This document shows positions 53,773 to 64,000 of a stretch of 64,000 nt of DNA, piece by piece (position 1 is the first letter of the stretch; each line of letters opens with the position of its first letter). The notes below the pieces were generated by a model that was not told the DNA's origin, made no database searches, and saw only the letters and a program-made list of their open reading frames with translations. Source of the DNA: Nemertoderma westbladi. Its lineage: Eukaryota > Animalia > Xenacoelomorpha. Where the stretch lies: the NCBI GenBank assembly GCA_032718475.1, contig JAUCBJ010000916.1, positions 1 to 64,000 on the forward strand, given 5' to 3'. Position numbers and translations under genes: made by a program.

Positions 53773-54520
53773 GCGTGAAGACCCCACGAACGTTTACTGT
53801 TAACTGTAGGGTACTATTGATGAACAGAAACTATACTAATAGTTGCAATGTTCAATTAAAAATAACTTAACTATAACTAACTAGCTAACTAACTTTGTTC
53901 ACTACCTTGGTGCAATTTTTTATTATAAATCCTGAACATGTGCAAATTACAGTATTAGTATAGGTAGTGCTGGCTTATACTGGGTGCTCAAATTTCAAAA
54001 AATTGTAACCAGGGACATCAATTCGTGACAAGGTGCTCATATTTTGAACTAAACACATTGATTCGTAATGCGGAAATACAGGTTTGTAACCAGGTATTCA
54101 AATTCGTAATTGGAAATCCAAATACGTAACCAGGCACTCAGATTCGAAACTGGTTTAGATTTGATATCCTGCAAAAAAATAGTTAGCGGCGTATGGCCTG
54201 TCAGTTTGGTTTAACTTCGGTTCCTTCACGGCGTCTTGACGCCGTCTTTAATTGTATTTGTGTCCAGCTATATCAAAAAAGACCAGCTATTGTCCCATTT
54301 GGGAACACTATATGAGAACGTATTTCTGCTCTAAAGCAATATAGTAAAATTTAACCAAATACTGTTGGACTATGGATGTGGGTAGGACGAATGCAATATG
54401 TATAGCTGAAATAAACCTTATTTTGCAATTTTTTGTCCCATTTGGGAACATTGGTAAAATAATTTTTCGCACAAAGTGTTACTTTATTAGGCCAACACTT
54501 TACCAGAACTTCAGCTTATC

Positions 54521-57500
54521 AGTAGGGTGTATAGGCTAGGCTCAGGACGCTAGAATAGGTCTAATGGAGCACAGTAGAGAATGTTGGCTCGGTTCAGGGC
54601 TCGAAAAAAGATCTAATGCTACACAGTAGGGCGTGTTGGCTCGGCTCAGGGCGCGAGAATATATATAATGCAGCGCAGTAGTGCGTGTTGGCTCGGTTCA
54701 GGACTCGAAAATATATCTAATGCAGCGCAGTAGGGCGTGTTGGCTCGGCTCAGGACTCGATAATAGATCTAATGATACGTAGTATGGCTTGTTGGCTCGG
54801 CTCAGGGCACGAGAATAGATCTAATGCAGCGCAGCAGGGCGTGTTGGCTCGGTTCAGGACTCGAAAATAGATCTAATGCAGCGCAGTAGGGCATGTTGGC
54901 TCGGCTCAGGACACGATAATAGATCTAATGCTACGCAGTAGGGCTTGTTGGCTCGGTTCAGGGCGCAAGAATAGATATAATGCAGCGCAGTAGGGCGTGT
55001 TGGATCAGTTCAGGACTCGAAAATAGATCTAATGCAGCGCAGTAGGGCATGCTGGCTCGGTTCAGGACTCGAAAATAGATCTAAGCAGCGCAGTAGGGCA
55101 TGTTGGCTCGGCTCAGGACGCGAGAATAGATCTAATGCAGCGCAGTAGGGCGTGTTGGCTCGGCTCAGGACACGATAATAGATTAATGCTACGCAGTAGG
55201 GCTTGTTGGCTCGGCTCAGGACTCGAAAATAGATCTAATGCAGCGCAGTAGGGCATGTTGGCTCGGCTCAGGACGCTAGAATAGGTCTAATGGAGCACAG
55301 TAGAGAATGTTGGCTCGGTTCAGGGCTCGAAAAAAGATCTAATGCTACACAGTAGGGCGTGTTGGCTCGGCTCAGGGCGCGAGAATATATATAATGCAGC
55401 GCAGTAGTGCGTGTTGGCTCGGTTCAGGACTCGAAAATAGATATAATGGAGCGCAGTAGGGCGTGTTGGCTCGGCTCAGGACACGATAATAGATCTAATG
55501 GAGCTCAGTAGGTCGTTTTGGCTCGGCTCAGGACGCGAGAATAGATCTAATGGAACGCAGTAGGGCGTGTTGGCTCGGCTCAGGACTCGATAATAGATCT
55601 AATGATACGTAGTATGGCTTGTTGGCTCGGCTCAGGGCACGAGAATAGATCTAATGCAGCGCAGCAGGGCGTGTTGGCTCGGTTCAGGACTCGAAAATAG
55701 ATCTAATGCAGCGCAGTAGGGCATGTTGGCTCGGCTCAGGACACGATAATAGATCTAATGCTACGCAGTAGGGCTTGTTGGCTCGGCTCAGGGCGCGAGA
55801 ATAGATATAATGCAGCGCAGTAGGGCGTGTTGGATCAGTTCAGGACTCGAAAATAGATCTAATGCAGCGCAGTAGGGCATGCTGGCTCGGTTCAGGACTC
55901 GAAAATAGATCTAAGCAGCGCAGTAGGGCATGTTGGCTCGGCTCAGGACGCGAGAATAGATCTAATGCAGCGCAGTAGGGCGTGTTGGCTCGGCTCAGGA
56001 CACGATAATAGATTAATGCTACGCAGTAGGGCTTGTTGGCTCGGCTCAGGACTCGAAAATAGATCTAATGCAGCGCAGTAGGGCGTGTTGGCTCGGCTCA
56101 GGACACGATAATAGATCTAATGGAGCTCAGTAGGTCGTTTTGGCTCGGCTCAGGACGCGAGAATAGATCTAATGGAACGCAGTAGGGCATGTTGGCTCGG
56201 CTCAGGACGCTAGAATAGGTCTAATGGAGCACAGTAGAGAATGTTGGCTCGGTTCAGGGCTCGAAAAAAGATCTAATGCTACACAGTAGGGCGTGTTGGC
56301 TCGGCTCAGGGCGCGAGAATATATATAATGCAGCGCAGTAGTGCGTGTTGGCTCGGCTCAGGACTCGAAAATAGATCTAATGCAGCGCAGTAGGGCGTGT
56401 TGGCTCGGTTCAGGACTCGAAAATAGATCTAATGCAGCGCAGTAGGGCATGTTGGCTCGGCTCAGGACACGATAATAGATCTAATGCTACGCAGTAGGGC
56501 TTGTTGGCTCGGCTCAGGGCGCGAGAATAGATATAATGCAGCGCAGTAGGGCGTGTTGGATCAGTTCAGGACTCGAAAATAGATCTAATGCAGCGCAGTA
56601 GGGCATGCTGGCTCGGTTCAGGACTCGAAAATAGATCTAAGCAGCGCAGTAGGGCATGTTGGCTCGGCTCAGGACGCGAGAATAGATCTAATGCAGCGCA
56701 GTAGGGCGTGTTGGCTCGGTTCAGGGCTCGAAAATATATCTAATGCAGCGCAGTAGGGCGTGTTGGCTCGGCTCAGGACACGATAATAGATGTAATGCTA
56801 CGCAGTAGGGCTTGTTGGCTCGGCTCAGGACGCGAGAATAGATATAATGCAGCGCAGTAGGGCGTGTTGGATCAGTTCAGGACGCGAGAATAGATATAAT
56901 GCAGCGCAGTAGGGCGTGTTGGATCAGTTCAGGACGCGAGAATAGATCTAATGCAGCGCAGTAGGGCTTGTTGGCTCAGCTCAGGGCGCGAGAATAGATC
57001 TAATGCAGCGCAGTAGGGCGTGTTGGCTCGGTTCAGGGCTCGAAAATATATCTAATGCAGCGCAGTAGGGCGTGTTGGCTCGGCTCAGGACACGATAATA
57101 GATTAATGCTACGCAGTAGGGCTTGTTGGCTCGGCTCAGGACTCGAAAATAGATCTAATGCAGCGCAGTAGGGCATGTTGGCTCGGCTCAGGACGCGAGA
57201 ATAGATCTAATGCCTCGCAGTAGGGCGTGTTGGCTCGGTTCAGGGCTCGAAAATAGATCTAATGCAGCGCAGTAGGGCATGTTGGCTCGGCTCAGGACGC
57301 GAGAATAGATCTAATGCAGTGCAGTAGGGCGTGTTGGCTCGGTTCAGGACTCGAAAATAGATCTAATGCAGCGCAGTAGGGCATATTGGCTCGGCTCAGG
57401 ACGCGAGAATAGATCTAATGCCTCGCAGTAGGGCGTGTTGGCTCGGTTCAGGGCTCGAAAATAGATCTAATGCAGCGCAGTAGGGCATATTGGCTCGGCT

Positions 57501-57688
57501 CAGGACGCGAGAATAGATCTAATGCAGTGCAGTAGGGCGTGTTGGCTCGGTTCAGGACTCGAAAATAGATATAATGCAGCGCAGTAGAGCATGTTGGCTC
57601 GGCTCAGGACGCGAGAATAGATCTAATGCAGTGCAGTAGGACGTGTTGGATCAGTTCAGGACGCGAGAATAGATCTAAAGGAGCACAG
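54521..57688. repeat. 52-bp satellite, about 60 copies, with higher-order blocks
   Basis: Unit agtagggcgtgttggctcggctcaggacgcgagaatagatctaatgcagcgc. A rare variant, tagaataggtctaatggagcac, is at 54551, 55277 and 56211. Confidence 0.96.
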
Positions 57689-59454
57689 TGTTCCCAAATG
57701 GGACTGACCTGGTGATTATTAGATAAATATAATTTCGACCAAAGCATCTCCCTAAATTGTTTACTAAATCAAATAAAACAAAATCCGTCACCATCGTTTA
57801 CTAATTCAAATCACCCAAAAAACATCACCAGTGTTCCCAAATGGGTCCTTAATGATGGCCCCTAGACCAATAAAATTGTATAAAAGTCAATAAAATTGGA
57901 GTCTGTTTGTCTACTGTCTACTTTTGTGTACTACTTCTTATTTTTGTTATTTTATAAAATATATTGGATTTGCTGTGCTGCCAGTGTTCCCAAATGGGAA
58001 CAGGTCTTTTTTGAGAAAACTAACAGGCGCAATGGAATAATTTTTTTTACAAAGTTTAAGTTGACTCGATTTGAAACGGTTTCGAAAATTTCAACAAATT
58101 TTCTCAGATTTAAAGAGGGTTGGGAAATAGAAGGTTAAACTTACCGTTTAACAATCGACGGCAGATACAATAGAAATAGGAGTACTCAGTAGAGGAGTCC
58201 AGGAATCCAGCATGATCAACACCCATACATACACCCTCAATCAAGCTGCCAAGGTCTAACGAAACGATCCATCAGACAGTCCATAAGCAGATAGGCCCAT
58301 ACACTACTGCACTACAGCTATACCGCAGTACCGGTACCTGTATACGGCATATCGAGGGCCTACTAAAGTATTTAGATTTCTGAATAATCAATGCTGAAGA
58401 ACTTGAGATAAATATTCGCTACCTTACTCAATAAGGGGACGAATCACGGACTTGTGTCAATGTATTGTTATTGTATAGTAACCTCCCTCCAGTGCATCCG
58501 TGGCCATTAGGCATTAGCTCATAATTGGGTGTTCAACAATCCTCACAATACTTTTCCTGGCAAACGTCAATAAGTCTATTGATGTTTACTGGGCTCTACC
58601 TACCTACGTTGGTTACAAGCGCATAAATGGAATGTGTTTAACAATGAAAACTATGTAATGGTGTGTGGTCCAATGTATGTGAATTCCCGTAGCTACATTC
58701 AATGAGAATGTGTCATTATTGCCTGTACAGTATGACTGAATAATAACAATTCTTAAGTGCACATACCGAATGTACTGTATGGCCACCCTTGCTTTGCTAT
58801 AAATATGTCACATCATGTAGAAATATAAACTTCCAAATCTTCTGAGAGATTTAACGCCAGAAACGTTTTGTACGATTATGCGATATCAGATTCAAGGTTA
58901 AATCCAGGATAGAACCAAATCTATATTTACAGCGGTTTACCTGATCAAACGATAAAAGTAACACCCAAACTCATTTAGGTAGAATTAATATTAATGAATG
59001 AAAAAGGCTAGGTGTTGGGTACTTCTCGTCTCTGCGAATTAATAATATTCACAATGTTAAATTATAAATCAAGGGAAATGAACACGTTACAGTTGGTACC
59101 TTATTCTAACCAAAACAATAAACGAAATTCAAAAGACATGTTACATTGAGGCCAAGCTGGAAACAAGTCGTACTTTGTGCGTAATCCCTGGGCTAACGGC
59201 CGGATAAAACTTGACTTTTGCTTTATATTTTACCAACAGAGACAGAGACAGATACCTTTCTTGGTGTGTTCTTCAATGAGACACATTAGTCCCTTTTCTC
59301 TTAATTATTGTGGTGCTATGTGTTGCGGACTGCTCTCCATATTCATAAAGCTGAAGGGGTGGAAATATCTCCACAATCAGGTAACCGTGGGTGCTGGATC
59401 CTGTGTTGGCCACAATGTGAATAGCATAAAGACCAAAAAACCATCAATCGACAA

Positions 59455-60800
59455 TCATCAGCCGACAGCTATCAACCGACAGTTATCAGCCGACAGCTAT
59501 CAACAGACAGCTATCAACTGACAGCTATCAGCCGACAGCTATCAGCAGACAGCTATCAGCCGACAGCCAACAGCTACCAGCCGACAGCCATCAACCGACA
59601 GCTATCAGCCGACAGCTATGAGCACAGCTATCAGCCGACAGCCATCAGCCAACAGCTACCAGCCGACAGCCACCAACCGACAGCTATCAGCCGACAGCTA
59701 TCAACCGATAGCTATCAACTGACAGCTATCAGCCGACAGCTATCAGCAGACAGCTATCAGCCGACAGCCATCAGACAACAGCTACCAGCCGACAGCCATC
59801 AACCGACAGCTATCAGCCGACAGCTATCAGCAGTCAGCTATCAGCAGACAGCCATCAGCTGACAGCTACCTGCCGACAGTCATCAGCCGACAGCTATCAG
59901 CCGGCAGCTATCAACCGACAGCCGACAGCTATCAGCTGACAGCTATCATCCGACAGTCATCAGCCGACAGCTACCAACTGTTAGCTATCAACCGACAGCC
60001 GACAGCTATCAGCCCACAGCTATCAACAGAAAGCTATCAGCCGACAGCTATCAGCCGACAGCTATCCGCCGACAGCTATCAACCGACAGCTATCAACCGA
60101 CATCTATCAGCCGACAGCTATCAACCGACAGCTATCAACCGACAGCTATCAACCGACAGCTATCAGCCGACAGCTATCAACCGACAGCTATCAACCGACA
60201 GCTATCAGCAGACAGCTATCAGCCGACAGCCATCAGCCAACAACTTCCAGCTGACAGCCATCAACCGACAGCTATCAACCGACAGCTATCAACCGACAGC
60301 TATCAACCGACAGCTATCAGCTGACAGCTATCAGCCGACAGCCATCCCAACAGCTACCAGCCGACAGCTACCAACCGACAGCTATCAGCCGACAGCTATC
60401 AACCGATAGCTATCAACTGACAGCTATCAGCCATCAGCCAATAGCTATCAGCCGACAGCTATCAACCGACAGCTATCAGCCGACAGCTATCAAACGACAG
60501 CTATCAGCCGACAGCTATCAACCGACAGCTATCAACCGACAGCTAACAGCCGACAGCTATCAACCGACAGCTATCAACCGACAGCTATCAGCAGACAGCT
60601 ATCAGCCGACAGCCATCAGCCAACAACTTCCAGCCGACAGCCATCAACCGACAGCTATCAACCGACAGCTATCAACCGACAGCTATCAACCGACAGATCA
60701 GCAGACAGCTATCAGCCGACAGCTATCAGCAGACAGCTATCAGCCGACAGCCATCAGCCAACAACTTCCAGCCGACAGCCATCAACCGATAGCTATCAAC
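59455..60800. repeat. 14-bp minisatellite (GACAGCTATCARCC)n
   Basis: Direct periodicity. A short related array is at ~44670-44720. Confidence 0.95.
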
Positions 60801-60803
60801 AAA

Positions 60804-60947
60804 CTGGGCTGGGGGCTGGGGGCTGGGGGCTGGGGGCTGGGGGCTGGGGGCTGGGGGCTGGGGGCTGGGGGCTGGGGGCTGGGGGCTGGGGGCTGGGGGC
60901 TGGGGGCTGGGGGCTGGGGGCCGGGGCCCAGGGGCTGGGGGCTGGGA
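60804..60947. repeat. (GGGGGCT)n G-rich microsatellite
   Basis: About 20 units of 7 bp; G-quadruplex-compatible G5 runs. Confidence 0.95.
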
Positions 60948-61269
60948 GATGCGGGCTGGGAGATGCGAGCTGGTAGATGCGGGCTGGGGGTTGGATCACG
61001 CATCCACAACCACCCACGTCTCGCAATGTCCGTCCTTATGCTGAGGCAGAATCATTCGACTAATCATGTTTATAATATGCATGATGTATTGCAGCTGCAT
61101 TTAATATAATAAATATACATATATAAATACATTTATATTTAAGAATATATATGTGATTGAGTGACTTAGAGCTTGTTTAATTTAGTCGAACATATTAAAA
61201 CTTTAGTTAAACGTGCATATAATTGTATTAATTGTATTTTTCGGTGATTTATTACCCGTAACAGAGAGG

Positions 61270-61397
61270 CTCTGGTAACTGCATATAAAGTTTATACAAG
61301 GCCGATTTTAGAATACGCCAGTTCCGTTTGGAACCCCCACTCAAACAGCAGACCTTATTTAGGGCAAACTGACCGCCTAGAATCAGTGCAAAGATTC
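61270..61397 (+). pseudogene. Short LINE (CR1/Jockey-like) RT C-terminal fragment
   Basis: Peptide YKVYTRPILEYASSVWNPH...DRLESVQRF. Confidence 0.65.
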
Positions 61398-61499
61398 TAA
61401 CCAAAACAATAAACGAAAGTCAATAGACAGGTTACAGTTTTATTTTTGGTTATTTTGCATATACTTTTCAATGGAAAGGGATGAATTTTGAACGCGTCA

Positions 61500-64000
61500 G
61501 TGTCCTATTACATGGGCTGGATCACTCAATCACATACACCCCCGTCACGCCTATCCTATTACAGGGGCTGGATCACTCAATCACATACACCCCTATCACG
61601 CCTATCCTATTACAGGGGCTGGATCACTCAATCACATACACCCCCGTCACGCCTATCCTATTACAGGGGTTGGATCACTCAATCACATACACCCCCGTCA
61701 CGCCTATCCTATTACAGGGGTTGGATCACTCAATCCCATACACCCCCACCACGCATATCCTATTACAGGGGCTGGATCACTCAATCACATACACCCCCGT
61801 CACGCCTATCCTATTACAGGGGTTGGATCACTCAATCACATACACCCCCGTCACGCCTACCCTATTCAGGGGCTGGATCACTCAATCTCATACACCCCCG
61901 TCACGCCTATCCTATTACAGGGGTTGGATCACTCAATCATATACACCCCCGTCACGCCTACCCTATTACAGGGGCTGGATCACTCAAACACATACACCCC
62001 CATCACGCCTATCCTATTACAGGGTCTGGATCACTCAATCACATACACCCCCGTCACGCCTACCCTATTACAGGGGCTGGATCACTCAATCACATATACC
62101 CCGTCACGCCTATCCTATTACAGGGGTTGGATCACTCAATCACATACACCCCCGTCACGCCTACCCTATTACAGGGGCTGGATCACTCAATCACATACAC
62201 CCCCGTCACGCCTGTCCTATTACAGGGGTTGGATCACTCAATCACATACACCCCCGTCACGCCTATCCTATTACAGGGTCTGGATCACTCAATCACATAC
62301 ACCCCCGTCACGCCTATCCTATTACAGGGTCTGGATCACTCAATCACATACACCCCCGTCACGCCTATCCTATTACAGGGGCTGGATAACTCAATCACAT
62401 ACACTCCCGTCACGCCTTTCCTATTACAGGGGTTGGATCACTCAATCACATACACCCCCGTCACGCCTATCCTATTACAGGGGCTGGATCACTCAATCAC
62501 ATACACTCCCGTCACGCCTATCCTGTTACAGGGGGTGGATCACTCAATCACATACACCCCCGTCACGCCTATCCTATTACAGGGGCTGGATCACTCAATC
62601 ACATACACCCCCATCACGCCTATCCTATTACATGGGCTGGATCACTCAATCACATACTCCCCCGTCACGCCTATCCTATTACAGTGGCTGGATCACTCAA
62701 TCACATACACCCCCGTCACCCCTATCCTATTACAGGGGCTGGATCACTCAATCACATACACCCCCGTCACGGCTATCCTATTACAGAGTCTGGATTACTC
62801 AATCACTTACACTCCCGTCACGCATTTCCTATTACAGGGGCTGTATCACTCAATCACATACACCCCCGACACACGCCTATCCTATTACAGGGTCTGGATC
62901 ACTCAATCACATACATCCCGGTCACGCCTATCCTATTACAGGGGCTGGATCACTCAATCACATACACCCCGTCACGCCTATCCTATTACAGGGACTGGAT
63001 CACTCAATCACATACACCCCCGTCACGCCTATCCTATAACAGGGGCTGGATCACTCAATCACATACACCCCCGTCACGCCTACCCTATTACAGGGGATGG
63101 ATCACTCAATCACATACACCCCCGTCACGCCTATCCTATTACAGGGGCTGGATCACTCAATCACATACACCCCCGTCACGCCTATCCTATTACAGGGGAT
63201 GGATCACTCAATCACATACACCCCCATCACGCCTATCCTATTACAGGGGCTGGATTACTCAATCACATACTCCCCCGTCACGCCTATCCTATTACAGGGG
63301 CTGGATCACTCAATCACATACACCCCCGTCACGGCTATCCTATTACAGGGGCTGGATCACTCAATCACATACACCCCCGTCACGCCTATCCTATTACAGG
63401 GGATGGATCACTCAATCGCATACACCCCCGTCACGCCTATCCTATTACAGGGGCTCGATAACTCAATCACACACACCCCCGTCACGGCTATCCTATTACA
63501 GGGGCTGGATCACTCAATCACATACACCCCCGTCACGCCTATTCTATTACAGGGGCTGGATCACTCAATCACATACACCCCCGTCACGCCTATCCTATTA
63601 CAGGGGCTGGATCACTCAATCACATACACCCCCGTCACGCCTATCCTATTACAGGGGCTGGATCACTCAATCACATACACCCCCGTCACGCCTATCCTAT
63701 TACAGGGGCTCGATAACTCAATCACACATACCCCCGTCACGCCTATCCTATTACAGGATCTGGATCACTCAATCACATACACCCCCGTCACGCCTATCCT
63801 TTTACATGGGCTGGATCACTCAATCACATACACCCCCGTCACGCCTATCCAATTACAGGGGCTGGATCACTCATTCACATACACCAACGTCACGGCTATC
63901 CTATTACAGGGGCTGGATCACTCAATCACATACACCCCCGTCACGCCTATCCAATTACAGGGGCTGGATCACTCATTCACATACACCAACGTCACGGCTA
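61500..64000. repeat. 51-bp minisatellite, about 49 copies, running off the window end
   Basis: Unit tacaggggctggatcactcaatcacatacacccccgtcacgcctatcctat; 17-aa periodic ORFs in all + frames. Confidence 0.96.

Noticed and set aside
60782-61026. Proline-rich proteins (also 52150-52449)
   Set aside because: Translations of G/C simple repeats.
61481-63461. Long repeat-protein ORFs (302, 657 and 371 aa)
   Set aside because: The 51-bp unit lacks stops in all three + frames, and single-base indels shift frames freely.
34748-64000. CRISPR-like arrays among the 51-73-bp repeats
   Set aside because: Units are head-to-tail copies with no unique spacers, there are no cas genes, and the context is eukaryotic.

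Overview
Repeat-dense eukaryotic DNA, probably from an invertebrate and heterochromatin-like, with no intact host gene. Bases 1-20.5 kb are an AT-rich satellite built from 9- and 11-bp words (20/31/51-bp units) with multi-kb higher-order repeats. It abuts a non-coding GC-rich composite repeat (16946-18620 and 20479-32230). The minus strand of that repeat carries about 19 copies of a hairpin that folds by eye as a kink-turn capped by a cUUCGg tetraloop, and about 14 copies of a hairpin with a sarcin-ricin/loop-E (ANUA/GAA) internal loop. Both motifs survive across two diverged subfamilies, which makes this the best candidate for an undescribed structured-RNA element; the structures are hand predictions. 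A full-length CR1/L2-group LINE with both ORFs intact (23645-29939, minus) is inserted into this repeat. The rest holds an LRP/YWTD-like pseudogene with minisatellites grown from its exons, a triple-nested retrotransposon locus (RTE in RTE plus a LINE tail), several MITEs with clear TIRs and TSDs, a tRNA-derived SINE, and minisatellites of 7, 14, 51, 52, 57, 58, 73 and 138 bp. Most short ORFs in the track are artefacts of repeats.
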